Shown: one piece after another, positions 1-10,232 of the stretch | Position numbering within the stretch: position 1 is the stretch's first letter | Layout: every line of letters begins with the position of its first letter | Assembly (NCBI GenBank): GCA_963706285.1 | Contig: CAVPLU010000012.1 | Span: forward strand, 64,001 to 128,000 | Direction: 5' to 3' | DNA: 64,000 nucleotides | DNA from: Candidatus Bathyarchaeota archaeon | Lineage (GTDB): Archaea; Thermoproteota; Bathyarchaeia; 40CM-2-53-6 | The notes under the pieces: model-generated | Told to the model about the DNA's origin: nothing | The model's input: the letters and a program-made list of their open reading frames with translations, nothing else | Databases searched by the model: none | Position numbers and translations under genes: made by a program

Positions 1-7
1 ACGCATC

Positions 8-541
8 ATGGATGCGCTTTTGAAGCTGAAGATGCAGCTTTCACGGCTGGACAGAACGGCTCAGAAGATGCAACAGCGTGACACCACATTGTACAACAAG
101 TGTGTAACGGCGGTACAGCAGAAGAACGCTGAACTTGCTTCGATATATGCTAGTGAATGCGCGGAAATCCGCAAGATTGCAAAGGTCATCCTACACAGCC
201 AACTCGCGTTGGAACAAGTGGCTCTAAGATTAGATCTAGTTCTCCAATTCGGCGAAGTCGCACAGACCATGAAACCCGTTGCTGCCGTCGTTAAGACCAT
301 CAAGACACAGCTGCAAGGCATACTTCCAGAAGTATCCATGGAGCTTGCATCAGTAAACGAATCGCTCGAAGACCTAGCGTCACAAGTTGGCGACACCGCA
401 GAGGAATCATTTGCCATACCGGTTTCCGGAGAAGACTCGCAGAAGATTCTGAGCGAAGCAAACGTCGTTGCAGAGCAGAAGATGCGCGAACGCTTCCCAG
501 ACCTGCCCCCTGTTCCGCTGCAAGAAGCAAGAATCCAGTGA
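8..541 (+). CDS. cdvB: ESCRT-III/Snf7-family cell division protein (CdvB paralogue), probably 5'-truncated by the window edge
   Basis: Helical Snf7-like sequence (ASIYASECAEIRKIAKVI...LALEQVALRL, KILSEANVVAEQKMRERFPDLP) typical of TACK CdvB proteins. Confidence 0.8.
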   Translation: MDALLKLKMQLSRLDRTAQKMQQRDTTLYNKCVTAVQQKNAELASIYASECAEIRKIAKVILHSQLALEQVALRLDLVLQFGEVAQTMKPVAAVVKTIKTQLQGILPEVSMELASVNESLEDLASQVGDTAEESFAIPVSGEDSQKILSEANVVAEQKMRERFPDLPPVPLQEARIQ

Positions 542-636
542 GCTTAAACCGCTCCTGGATTCGCGTTCCCTTTTTTACGCGTTTTTCGAAAGCCATATAG
601 CCTATTCATTCACGCTGCCCCACATTGTGGGGTCAG

Positions 637-1050
637 ATGAAGAATTTCTCTAGAACCCTCACGCTATCAACCAGGGAAAAATATCAACTCATAGATATCA
701 CACAGGAAATCGAGGAGATCGTGTCGGAGTCTCAAGTTGCGGAAGGCCTGTGTTTGGTGCATGCTTCACATGCGACCGCAGCCATAATCTGCAATGAGCA
801 TGAAAACGGACTAATGCATGACATCCTGAAAAAGGTCAAAGAACTCTTTCCTGCAAGTACGGGGTATCTTCATGACCGGATCGATGACAACGCATCTGGC
901 CACATAGCTGCAGCGTTGATTGGGGCATCATGCACGTTCCCGATTGGCAAGAGCCGGCTCGTTCGCGGCACCTGGCAGAACATATTTCTGCTCGAATTGG
1001 ACGGTCCACGTTCCAGACGTGAAGTAACGATTCGTGTTATGGGCGAATGA
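637..1050 (+). CDS. yjbQ: YjbQ/UPF0047 family protein (secondary thiamine-phosphate synthase)
   Basis: Motifs HATAAIICNEHE, HDRIDDNASGHI, GTWQNIFLLELDGPR. Confidence 0.9.
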   Translation: MKNFSRTLTLSTREKYQLIDITQEIEEIVSESQVAEGLCLVHASHATAAIICNEHENGLMHDILKKVKELFPASTGYLHDRIDDNASGHIAAALIGASCTFPIGKSRLVRGTWQNIFLLELDGPRSRREVTIRVMGE

Positions 1051-1271
1051 CCAAAGTCCAAGCCTACAGCCCCCGTTACCAGCAAACGACGCCCCTGCAG
1101 ATTCGCCGATTCCAAACGCGCCCTCTTCCCCAACGGCAGGATAACTGGATCCAAGTTGAAGTTGTGGCGCTGATATCACGACTTTGACATATCGCTTAAA
1201 GGTAGCCTCATCTCAAGTCGCGATCTGTGTCACATAGCCTGAGATCTTCACAGACCAGTAGCAAATGAAGA

Positions 1272-3200
1272 GTGAAGAAATTGTCGAGTAAGGGTGAGGA
1301 GCATGCACTCAAACGCGAGGTCGGATGGTACGGCTCCTTTGCAATGGGCTATGCTGACGTTGGAGCGGACCTCTACGTTGCGATAGGGCTAGTTGCATTC
1401 TATGCTGCAGGCGCCTCACCGATTGCCTTCGCCATCGCGTCCATAACGTATGTTTGCACTGGCCTGGCTTATGCAGAACTGGCGACGGCTTACCCATACG
1501 CTGGCGGGGCTCACGTCTACTCGATGAAAGCCTTCAACGACCTGATCGGGTTCATTGCTGGTTGGGCCGTCATGCTCGACTATACTGTTGACATTGCCTT
1601 GTTCTCCCTTGCAAGTGCCGGGTATTTGAGCTTCTTTTTCCCATCACTTCACGGACATTGGATCCTGGCAATTCTGGGACTCGACATCAGGATTTCAAAC
1701 ATCGGTCTCGTTGCGTTCGCAATGGTGATCGCGCTGCTTCTTCTCAACTCTGTAGGGATAAGGGAGTCCTCCGCCTTCAACGAGGTGCTCGTATCCCTTG
1801 ACATTGGCGTTGAATCGGTTATTCTTGTCGCGGGTATCTTGTTGGCTTTCAGCATGGCACTTTTTCTTAGCCAAGTTGTTGACTTTGGTGCGCCCTCTAC
1901 GTTCGCTCACATTGACTATGTTATGCCGAGCCTTGGGACTCAAACGCAGAATTTCATTTACGGCATCACGCTCGCTATGACCTCATTCATCGGTATCGAA
2001 TCCATTGCTCAAGCTGCCGAAGAAACCAAGAGACCGCAACGCTGGATTCCCCGAGCTAACAAGCTCTCAATAGTTTCTGTGGTGCTCTTCGCGGTTGGAC
2101 TATCGACACTGAGTATGAGCCTGATGCCGTGGCAGGACTTGGCAGCTTCACAGACGGACCCCATGGCCGCAATAGCTTCTAGGATTCCATACATCGGGCA
2201 CTTTCTCGGGCCCATTGTTGCCTTCACTGGATTCACCATCTGTTACGTGTCCACGAACACTGGCGTCATAGGTGCCTCTCGTGTGGTATTCTCAATGGGA
2301 AGATTCAATCTCATGCCGACATGGTTCTACAAGGTCCATGGGCGGTTCCGAACGCCCGTCCGTACAATCGCTGTCTTTGGTCTCATTGGCGCCACGATGG
2401 CACTCCTAGGTGAACTACGTTTCGTTGCTGACCTGTACAACTTTGGGGCCCTGCTTTCTTACGTGATTGTGAACATCTCGCTTATCGTTCTGAGAAACAA
2501 AGAACCTGATGCATATCGCGCGTGGAGACTCCCGGGCACCCTCAAGATTGAAGCTTTTGGTAGGAGAATCCTCGTCCCGGTGATCAGCGTTATCGGAGCA
2601 CTCTCGACTGGCGCGATGTGGTTACTCGTCGTCGGATTTCACGCCGAAGGCAGAATTGTGGGGACTATCTGGGTTGCAATTGGAGTGGTCGGCTTTATCG
2701 CGTTCAGGAGATCGCGCAAGATGAGCGTCTTTGGAAACGAGGTGGGAAAGACCATCGCCCCGGGGGCCTACATGATGAACGCAACCGTGCTCATTAGGAC
2801 TCCTGATGATGAGCGGGCAATCGTCGACGCTCTTAAGTATGAACTGGACAAGCGTTTTCGGATCCGTCTTCTGAACATCGTTGACCCGCGCGATTTTGGA
2901 TTGAGCACTGAAAACATACGTGACTACTCCCAACTCAAGATATGCCAGGCTATTTCACAGAAGGAATTGCGATTTGTTGCAAAGGAGCTTGGTTCGGAAG
3001 GATTTGAAGTCGTGTCACACGCCGAAATAGGATCGACACGGTCTATTGTGGAAAGAGAGATGGAGTCAGAAGACAACGATGTGGTTGTCCTCATCAAGAG
3101 AAAGACGTTAAAAGGCAATCTGGAAAAGAGAGAAGACACGGCGTATGCAGTAGCTTCAAAATACTCGGGGAAGCTTATGATCGTTAGGAGAGGTGATTAG
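1272..3200 (+). CDS. APC-family amino acid permease with C-terminal USP-like soluble domain
   Basis: About 12 hydrophobic segments; YAELATAYPYAGG, GIESIAQAAEE and FRTP motifs; roughly 140 aa soluble alpha/beta tail. Confidence 0.88.
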   Translation: MKKLSSKGEEHALKREVGWYGSFAMGYADVGADLYVAIGLVAFYAAGASPIAFAIASITYVCTGLAYAELATAYPYAGGAHVYSMKAFNDLIGFIAGWAVMLDYTVDIALFSLASAGYLSFFFPSLHGHWILAILGLDIRISNIGLVAFAMVIALLLLNSVGIRESSAFNEVLVSLDIGVESVILVAGILLAFSMALFLSQVVDFGAPSTFAHIDYVMPSLGTQTQNFIYGITLAMTSFIGIESIAQAAEETKRPQRWIPRANKLSIVSVVLFAVGLSTLSMSLMPWQDLAASQTDPMAAIASRIPYIGHFLGPIVAFTGFTICYVSTNTGVIGASRVVFSMGRFNLMPTWFYKVHGRFRTPVRTIAVFGLIGATMALLGELRFVADLYNFGALLSYVIVNISLIVLRNKEPDAYRAWRLPGTLKIEAFGRRILVPVISVIGALSTGAMWLLVVGFHAEGRIVGTIWVAIGVVGFIAFRRSRKMSVFGNEVGKTIAPGAYMMNATVLIRTPDDERAIVDALKYELDKRFRIRLLNIVDPRDFGLSTENIRDYSQLKICQAISQKELRFVAKELGSEGFEVVSHAEIGSTRSIVEREMESEDNDVVVLIKRKTLKGNLEKREDTAYAVASKYSGKLMIVRRGD

Positions 3201-3471
3201 CATGGCAGCAGGCGTCGTTGTGATACTGAACATTTTCGTGCAGTCAAAGGAGCTGGATAAGGTCACGAAGAAGTTGCTGGCGCTCGCCGAGGTCAAAGAC
3301 CTATACGAAGTCACAGGAGAGTGCGACCTAGTCGCCATAATCGAAACCAAGGACATCGCAGAATTCAGGACATTCATCAAAGACAGGGTACTCGCCATCG
3401 AAGGTATACGGAGCACAGTCTCATCGGTGATTCTTTTCACACACAAGAAAGAAGGCAAGGCTGTATCCTGA
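3193..3471 (+). CDS. Stand-alone Lrp/AsnC ligand-binding (RAM) domain protein
   Basis: EVKDLYEVTGECDLVAII...IEGIRST motif, no HTH; overlaps the permease stop. Confidence 0.85.
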   Translation: MISMAAGVVVILNIFVQSKELDKVTKKLLALAEVKDLYEVTGECDLVAIIETKDIAEFRTFIKDRVLAIEGIRSTVSSVILFTHKKEGKAVS

Positions 3472-3935
3472 TGCGGCAAAATACTCGGAAAAAGCCTCCG
3501 GTCAAGATACTCATCCCAATAGCAGACCGTGCAGACAGGCAGTTGATGACGAGAGCGCTGTACGCTCTATCTGCCTTTAAGGATCCCGAGATTGTTCTGT
3601 TTCACGTTGTCGAAATGCCCAGTCGCACCGTACCCATTGAGGTAGTGTCACACAAAGAAGAGATTGCGCTTGCTGACGAAATCCTTTCCCCGATTTCCGA
3701 ATGGCTCAAGGAACAAGACTACGCCACTCGCAAGAAAATCGTAATTGCTCGTGACGTTGCAGAAGCAATTGTCAGCGAAGCGAATGCTGATGACTATGTC
3801 TTTGTAGTTATGACAAAGCGCGAGCCAAAGAAAGGCGTTGGCGGTCTGTTTCACCGCAGTGTCAGCGAGCGCGTGATTAGGCAGGCCAAGTGTATGGTAT
3901 TGACGACATTAACGGCCGACTCAGGCGCGAAATGA
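3471..3935 (+). CDS. Universal stress protein (UspA family)
   Basis: KILIPI...LFHVVE...SVSERVIRQAKCMVL; ATG overlaps the upstream TGA (TGATG). Confidence 0.85.
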   Translation: MRQNTRKKPPVKILIPIADRADRQLMTRALYALSAFKDPEIVLFHVVEMPSRTVPIEVVSHKEEIALADEILSPISEWLKEQDYATRKKIVIARDVAEAIVSEANADDYVFVVMTKREPKKGVGGLFHRSVSERVIRQAKCMVLTTLTADSGAK

Positions 3936-3987
3936 TAACGTATTCTCGGCGAAAACTAAATAGACGTGCGCAACCGTACACGCTGCC

Positions 3988-4090
3988 GTGAGGCGTTTGA
4001 GGGAACAGATTTGAAGTCGCTGGTTGTCGCGGGTGGCTCTGTTCCAGGGCCGTAAACCCGAGTTGCATTCTGACTCAAACGTTCCATCAC
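3988..4090 (+). ncRNA. Candidate structured RNA / proS leader (multibranch fold)
   Basis: GCGTTTGAG(3993-4001)/CTCAAACGT(4074-4082) closing stem, GGAACAGA/TCTGTTCC inner stem and two short hairpins, in an intergenic gap; family not recognised. Confidence 0.4.
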
Positions 4091-4106
4091 ATATGGTGTT
4101 CTGCAG

Positions 4107-5552
4107 TTGAGCAAAGAGATTGGAATCACTGTTACGAAGAAAGACGACCTCTCTGAGTGGTACACTCAGGTCGTCACGAAAGCGGGACTTGCTGACTACG
4201 CTAGCGTCAAAGGATTCATGGTTCTGATGCCCTATGGTTACTCGATATGGGAGAAGATCAAGGAATTTCTTGACAAGCGCCTCAAGACTATGGGCCATAG
4301 CAACGCCTACTTCCCGTTGCTGATTCCAGAGAGCTTTCTCAAGAAGGAGGCTGAGCATTTCTCGGGCTTCACACCTGAGGTTTTCTGGGTAACCTTAGCC
4401 GGGAACGACAAGCTCGGAGAACGACTAGCAGTCAGGCCGACTTCTGAAACTGTGATCTATGATTCATACGCGAAGTGGATCAGAAGCTGGAGAGATCTCC
4501 CGCTCTTGATCAATGTCTGGAACTCTGTTCTTCGAGCCGAGATCAAAATGACTAAACCGTTCATGCGGACCTCCGAGTTCCTGTGGCAGGAGGGGCACAC
4601 TGTTCACGCCGACAGACAGGATGCTGACAAAGAGGTCATGGCGATTCTTGAACTGTACAGACAACTTATCGAAGAACAGCTTGCGATCCCTGCGCTCACA
4701 GGATACAAGACTGACCGCGAGAAGTTCGTTGGTGCTCTCTACACGACGACCCTCGAATCTATGATGCCCGACGGGAAAGCTCTTCAGATGGGCACATCGC
4801 ACAATTTGGGACAAAACTTCTCCAAAGCTTTCGAGATCAAGTACCTTGGGAAAGACGAGCAGTCGCATTATGCGTGGAACACTTCGTGGGGGGTCTCATG
4901 GCGACTGATCGGTGCAGCTGTTATGCTTCACGGAGACGATCGTGGATTGATCATCCCGCCACGCATTGCACCGGTGCAAGTAGTCGTCGTACCAATTCCC
5001 TACAAGGGTGCTGAAGGAGTGGACGTTACGAGTCAAGCCAAATTGGTGGCAGTAAAGCTGCAGGAAGCTGGAATCAACCTCACCTTTGACGACCGTACGC
5101 AGTACACGCCTGGTTGGAAATTCCATGAGTGGGAGTTGAAAGGGGTCCCCCTGAGGATTGAGATTGGTCCTCGAGATATCAGCCGTCAACAGGTCACTAT
5201 GGTTCGGAGGGACACATCAGAACGGTCAGTCATTCCTGAGGCAGACGTGATCAATGAGACAAAAAGGTTGCTTGATGCGATTCAATTATCCCTGTTCGAG
5301 AAGGCAAGCCATTTGCTCAAGGAGGCCATCTATGACGTACGTACCTACGAGGACCTGAAACAGGTCATCGAGACCAAGGGCGGATTCGCTAGGGGCTGTT
5401 GGTGCACGGAGACCGCATGCGAAGACAAGATAAAGGACGAAACAGGCGCCACAATTCGTGTCGTTCCTATACAAGACGAGCAAGTCTTCTCTGGATGTGT
5501 CTGTTGTGGAAAGCCTGCCAAGAAGGTCGTCTACTTCGCTCGGGCATACTAA
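4107..5552 (+). CDS. proS: Proline--tRNA ligase (archaeal/eukaryotic type)
   Basis: RPTSET, EFLWQEGHT, SWGVSWRLIGA and WELKGVPLRIEIGPRD motifs; C-terminal Zn site and ARAY end. Confidence 0.98.
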   Translation: MSKEIGITVTKKDDLSEWYTQVVTKAGLADYASVKGFMVLMPYGYSIWEKIKEFLDKRLKTMGHSNAYFPLLIPESFLKKEAEHFSGFTPEVFWVTLAGNDKLGERLAVRPTSETVIYDSYAKWIRSWRDLPLLINVWNSVLRAEIKMTKPFMRTSEFLWQEGHTVHADRQDADKEVMAILELYRQLIEEQLAIPALTGYKTDREKFVGALYTTTLESMMPDGKALQMGTSHNLGQNFSKAFEIKYLGKDEQSHYAWNTSWGVSWRLIGAAVMLHGDDRGLIIPPRIAPVQVVVVPIPYKGAEGVDVTSQAKLVAVKLQEAGINLTFDDRTQYTPGWKFHEWELKGVPLRIEIGPRDISRQQVTMVRRDTSERSVIPEADVINETKRLLDAIQLSLFEKASHLLKEAIYDVRTYEDLKQVIETKGGFARGCWCTETACEDKIKDETGATIRVVPIQDEQVFSGCVCCGKPAKKVVYFARAY

Positions 5553-5634
5553 GCAGCCATTAGGACGCCCGCCTTCTCGCGGGCACAACGTTTAAGCGAA
5601 CTTACCTAGATCTAGGTCGCAGCTGTGAATACGA

Positions 5635-5913
5635 ATGGGCAAGAAAAGGAAATCCGGAGGACGGAAGGGCGGCTCAAGAGGCAGCAGCACACTGGTCCAA
5701 TGCACCAACTGTGGCATGCAAGTGCCGCGCGACAAGGCAAAGCGAGTGACCAGCTTCGTCTCCTTGGTGGAGCCGTCCCTAGCACGAGAACTACGTTCTC
5801 ACGGGGCCTACATTGCTCGACAGAGAGTCTTCAAGTACTATTGCATCTCATGCGCTGTCCATTTCGGAGTCTCCAAGGTCAGATCACGTGACGAGAGACG
5901 CTCCACATACTGA
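5635..5913 (+). CDS. rps26e: Ribosomal protein S26e
   Basis: KKRKSGGR...VQCTNCG..VPRDKA...YCISCAVH..VRSR. Confidence 0.96.
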   Translation: MGKKRKSGGRKGGSRGSSTLVQCTNCGMQVPRDKAKRVTSFVSLVEPSLARELRSHGAYIARQRVFKYYCISCAVHFGVSKVRSRDERRSTY

Positions 5914-6044
5914 GTGTCTTCGTGGCCAGACGCGTCTGCCCCTCAACGTTTGGACATCAGATGGGTCACGTTGCACTTCAAGAGCGCAAGTGCAAAACGC
6001 CAGAACCTAGGAGCGCTACGAACCTCCGCTGCATGTGAGCGCTC

Positions 6045-6659
6045 TTGTTAGGCAAGGCTTCTAAGTTAGTGGAACCTGTCTTTCGTTGGTTTGCACAGGC
6101 TCTTCACGAACTGGGTTTGAAGCCCAACCACATCACTGGCTTGTCTTTCTGTTGTAGCCTATTGGCCGCCTCTTCATTCGTGATAGTGACTGACCACATT
6201 CTCCGAGGAATCCTAGCAGCAATCTTCCTTTTGTTGTCCGGACTTTTTGATGCCACAGACGGATTGATGGCTAGGATCTACGGTGAGGAATCCCATTTTG
6301 GCGCGTTCTTTGATTCCGTGCTTGACCGCGTCTCTGAGATTGCTATCTATTGGACTGCGATATATTCAAGCCTAGTTGATTGGTCAATTGGTTTTATCGC
6401 TCTGTCAGGTTCGCTAATGGTAAGCTACTCCCGCGCACGTGCCGAGCAACTAGGTTCCGAAATGAAGGGCGTCGGCATCGCAGAGCGGCCAGAACGACTT
6501 CTCATCCTAGCAGCCTCGGCGTTTCTGAATCAACTGAACATAGGGGCACTTTTGATAGCCGTGCTTTCCATAGTAACACTCCTCCAGAGAATCGTCCACG
6601 CAAGCTCTACCCTGGTCGACACCCAAGATCGGAGTTATGAGCAAGAAGTAGCCGGCTAA
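6045..6659 (+). CDS. CDP-alcohol phosphatidyltransferase (archaetidylinositol-phosphate synthase-like)
   Basis: DATDGLMAR...GAFFDSVLDR, SYSRARAE and ERPERL motifs. Confidence 0.92.
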   Translation: MLGKASKLVEPVFRWFAQALHELGLKPNHITGLSFCCSLLAASSFVIVTDHILRGILAAIFLLLSGLFDATDGLMARIYGEESHFGAFFDSVLDRVSEIAIYWTAIYSSLVDWSIGFIALSGSLMVSYSRARAEQLGSEMKGVGIAERPERLLILAASAFLNQLNIGALLIAVLSIVTLLQRIVHASSTLVDTQDRSYEQEVAG

Positions 6660-6727
6660 GGTCTAGTCGGGACTTATTCTCCGCTCCAAAGACTGCACCT
6701 GACGATCATGTTGACCCCGAGCGAGTG

Positions 6728-7999
6728 TCAGGGAAGTACCTTGAATGGAAAGAGCACGTAGAAGCCTCCAATCACGGCAGCGATGTAGAATAGCACAATA
6801 ATTCTTGGCGGTGCCTGGTCAACAATCATGCCCGCGACCGATGCAGCAACTGCTGGGACAGTGTTGAGGAAATAGAATATGTACATGATCCTATGCGCGA
6901 TCAATGCGGCCGGTATGAAAGTAAGGTATGTTATTGTGAACCATGCGAGCATGAACAACGAAAATTCGTTTCTTGTCTCATAGTAGCGATATAGGTTGTA
7001 CAACATGGCCGGAATAGTGAGAAAGACTATCGTTGGGTTCATTGCTCCGACGAAATCCACGCTCGGATATGTCCGGGCAACATTACCATCCGAATACACA
7101 GTAACATTCACGGTCGCATAGTGGATTTTCACTTCATTCAGGAGCCAATCCCAAGGGTAGCTCCAGATATCAGTCGGGCTACGCACGTCGGGAGCTCGGA
7201 GCGCAAAAGTGTAGCTGTAGATATGTGATAGATGCTCAAACGGGTTCTTGTAACCTGCCCAAAAGAAGTCAAGCAAGGCCATCAGCGCAATGAGCGATCC
7301 CACATACACGATGGCATATTTTTCGAAGACTGCTGCGAGACTCTGCCAGTCGACTTTCCTGCTTCTCGAGAGAAGTGCTTTCCCCAGGTGGAAAACGCCC
7401 AGAGTCACGGCTCCATATATTCCTGATATCTTGCAGAGTGTAGCCAACGCCATCCCGAATGCGCTGAGCTTCATTCTACCTGAGAAGTACCAATAGAACC
7501 CGAGCAGCATGAACCCTAAGACGAATATGTCCAAGGTCGCGATCCTACTATGAACAAAGACGAGAGTGTCGAAACTGAACAGAAATGTGCCCAATAGAGC
7601 GGTCATTGGGTTTCCTGAGACCTTCTTGAGAAGGAGGTATAGCACGAAAATTGAGAGAAGACCAAATACTACGCTTGGAAGTCGCCATCCCCACCCATTG
7701 TCTCCTATGATGCTCATTGAAAGAGCAATTAGGAGCTTCGCTAGGAGCGGATGCTCCTGGTTCACTGAATCAATCCCAGGTACGGCGTTTGCAAAAACGT
7801 TCGGTTGCTGAGGCAACCGGAGAATAATCCTCGCCACATTTACGTAGTACGTTTCGTCAAAAATCAACATCCCTGTGGGTTTGTCCAGCCAAATAAGTCT
7901 AAGGAAAGCACTAACAATGAAAAGATACATGAAGGCATGATCGTACAAGTTTTTCCTCGGGTGAAAATCAACCGCGAAAAGTCTTCTCAGGCTAGACAA
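6728..7999 (-). CDS. GT39/PMT-family membrane glycosyltransferase (dolichyl-phosphate-mannose:protein mannosyltransferase-like)
   Basis: IFDETYYV, EHPLLAKLLIA, GWRLPS and SRIATLD motifs; C-terminal WSYPWDW and YIFYF block. Confidence 0.85.
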   Translation of the reverse strand: MSSLRRLFAVDFHPRKNLYDHAFMYLFIVSAFLRLIWLDKPTGMLIFDETYYVNVARIILRLPQQPNVFANAVPGIDSVNQEHPLLAKLLIALSMSIIGDNGWGWRLPSVVFGLLSIFVLYLLLKKVSGNPMTALLGTFLFSFDTLVFVHSRIATLDIFVLGFMLLGFYWYFSGRMKLSAFGMALATLCKISGIYGAVTLGVFHLGKALLSRSRKVDWQSLAAVFEKYAIVYVGSLIALMALLDFFWAGYKNPFEHLSHIYSYTFALRAPDVRSPTDIWSYPWDWLLNEVKIHYATVNVTVYSDGNVARTYPSVDFVGAMNPTIVFLTIPAMLYNLYRYYETRNEFSLFMLAWFTITYLTFIPAALIAHRIMYIFYFLNTVPAVAASVAGMIVDQAPPRIIVLFYIAAVIGGFYVLFPFKVLP

Positions 8000-8080
8000 A
8001 CAGTCATCATTCCTTTCCGATTTGGGTTCTCCTAGGCGTTTCCCTTGCGGGTTCCAACCTGACGAAGACCATTCAGGTCA

Positions 8081-10024
8081 CTACATCCTTTCCGAGAGGC
8101 GGATACCCAAGACTGCCATCGAGTTGGCCAAGACAACTCTGAGTGCGCGAATAAGCATAAGCCTCGAGGCTTTCAGCTCTGGTGTGTCTGCGCGAAGCAC
8201 GTTCACTTTTTCGTAATATTCATGAAACTTCTCAGCAAGCACATTGGCATAGCTCGCGATCTGTTCAGGCCTTAGTCTATCTGCGGACTCCGCGAAGATC
8301 ATCGGGAACTTCCCTATCTGCAGAATCAGGAGATGTTCAAGCGGGTCAGTCAGAGCGCTGTATTCGGGGGCCTCTTGGACATCGCCGGCTTTGGATAGAA
8401 TTCCGCCTGCTCTCGTGTAGGCGTAGTTGATGAAAGGAGCGCTGTTCCTTTCCAGACTTAACACGCGATCCCAAGTGAAGGTAATAGTCTTCGTACTGGA
8501 TGTCGAGAGCATCGCATATTTTATCGCCGCCAACCCTACTGTCCTGCTGATCTCTCGCCGATCCTTGTCGGAGAGAGTCTCCTCTCGGGACGAGATCTTC
8601 TCTTCTGCACGCGATACTGCTTGACTGATGATTTCATCAACACTGATGTATCTTGCTCTACGTTTGGACATCTTGACACCCGGCAACTCGACAATACCGT
8701 ACGCGTAGTGAACCAGATTCTCCGCAATCTGCTTCTGGCCGAGCGCGTAGAGTGCAAGCTTCAGCTGCATCTGAGCCAGTTTCTGCTCAGATCCTATTAC
8801 ATTCACAACTACGTCTGCGTCACGAAACTTCTTGATTGAATAGGCGATATCGCGCGTGACGTAGAGCGTTGACCCATCGCTTCTCACAAGCGTCAGCTGG
8901 GGCACTTCGTAGTTCTCAGCAAATCCAAGAGCCTTGTCTAGTCCGTGTGCTTTCGCTATCTTGTCGACGTCTAGCGCGAGCGATGTTCCATCTGTGATTG
9001 CAAATGGACTTGAGGACAACTGCTTCATCGAATCTCGGACTTCGCCACTCCACACCAGTTCGCTTTCCCAATCCCACTTATCAAACCGCACTTCCATTTG
9101 TTCAAGAGTGGCACGAATGCCTTTAAGAGATAATTCGACAACTTTTCTCACGATGTCTCGTGTCTTATCGTCGTCTTTCTCGTACCGAATGACGATCTGC
9201 TCAACCTCACGCATCGGGGCCGTTCTTGACCGGACGGATTCGACGGTCCTGTGGAAGAGCGTTGAATCGATTGACTCAAGCTCCCCCGCGACGGATGTCC
9301 AGTCCTCCAGTTCGCCGGAAAGCTCCGGGATCTTCTGTGTAGGGTCTGAGGTTTCACGGAGCCGTGAGATCTCAGTTTTCAGGGTTTCAATCTGAACTGC
9401 ACAGTTCACGCAGGCATAAAGGAGGCCCAGCCACTGGTCGGGTTTGCCAATGGGCGTTGGTTCACCTAGAAGGGAGTAACCGTAGGCGAGCATTGCCACT
9501 TGCTTCCCTACGTCGTCAATGTAGAACCTTGTCTGAACTTTGTTACCTCTGGCGCTCAAAATCCTGGCTAGTGCATCACCCAAGATTGTGTTTCTTGCAT
9601 GACCCAAATGCAACGGTCCACTCGGGTTCGCACTCGTATGCTCAACCACTATCCTCTTGGGTTCCGGCGTAGTAGTCAGTCCATAGTGTCCTCCTGCGGA
9701 TATCGAATCCGTAAGAATCTCCTGGCCAGCCTTAGTGAAGTCCAGATGGAAGTTCACGTACCCTGATCCAGCGGGTTCAACTCGATCTATAAGATCAAAC
9801 GTAGACACGTCTATGCGATCTGCGATCTTCTTCGCTATCTCCATCGGGGGAGTTTCAAATTTCTTCCCAAGTTCAAACGGGACTGATGATGCCAACTGGC
9901 CGAATTCTAGTGATGGGGGTTCCTCGAGCATTGCGTCAGGCAAGTCCAGATGATAGAGCTCTTGAATAGACGACGCTAGGGCTTGCGTGCATTGTTCTCG
10001 GAACCTTGTGAGAGTTGGTGGCAT
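8081..10024 (-). CDS. argS: Arginine--tRNA ligase
   Basis: VEHTSANPSGPLHLGHARN (HIGH), RSDGSTLY.TRDIAY, KMSKRR and DALR-type C-terminus. Confidence 0.97.
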   Translation of the reverse strand: MPPTLTRFREQCTQALASSIQELYHLDLPDAMLEEPPSLEFGQLASSVPFELGKKFETPPMEIAKKIADRIDVSTFDLIDRVEPAGSGYVNFHLDFTKAGQEILTDSISAGGHYGLTTTPEPKRIVVEHTSANPSGPLHLGHARNTILGDALARILSARGNKVQTRFYIDDVGKQVAMLAYGYSLLGEPTPIGKPDQWLGLLYACVNCAVQIETLKTEISRLRETSDPTQKIPELSGELEDWTSVAGELESIDSTLFHRTVESVRSRTAPMREVEQIVIRYEKDDDKTRDIVRKVVELSLKGIRATLEQMEVRFDKWDWESELVWSGEVRDSMKQLSSSPFAITDGTSLALDVDKIAKAHGLDKALGFAENYEVPQLTLVRSDGSTLYVTRDIAYSIKKFRDADVVVNVIGSEQKLAQMQLKLALYALGQKQIAENLVHYAYGIVELPGVKMSKRRARYISVDEIISQAVSRAEEKISSREETLSDKDRREISRTVGLAAIKYAMLSTSSTKTITFTWDRVLSLERNSAPFINYAYTRAGGILSKAGDVQEAPEYSALTDPLEHLLILQIGKFPMIFAESADRLRPEQIASYANVLAEKFHEYYEKVNVLRADTPELKASRLMLIRALRVVLANSMAVLGIRLSERM

Positions 10025-10164
10025 CTTGAACTCCGCCAAGCTATCATGATATACGCAGGCATCGTACGGGCACAACTTACTGAATAGATTTGGGGGAACG
10101 CTGGAAATGTGGACCTACCTGATTGCGTAATGACGCAGCTTAAGTATCTTTCATGGAACTATCT

Positions 10165-10180
10165 GCCTGCAGCTGCAGGC
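10165..10180. promoter_or_regulatory. Perfect 16-bp palindrome between divergent argS and tRNA-Arg
   Basis: GCCTGCAGCTGCAGGC, about 20 nt downstream of TATA-like CTTAAGTA (10139-10146); function unknown. Confidence 0.35.
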
Positions 10181-10232
10181 GAGAGAAAGAATGTGTTCTT
10201 GCTCCCTGTTGGCTGAAATGTCGGGCGGGCTT

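Noticed and set aside
3993-4086. tRNA-Sec or tRNA-Pyl interpretation of the 9-bp stem plus CCA
   Set aside because: No T-loop, no D-loop GG in the right place and no UCA/CUA anticodon arm; kept only as a candidate structured RNA
5965-6044. Two hairpins between rps26e and the phosphatidyltransferase (TTGCACTT/AAGTGCAA; GAGCGCT/AGCGCTC)
   Set aside because: No C/D boxes, K-turn or ACA tail recognised; short stems could be chance
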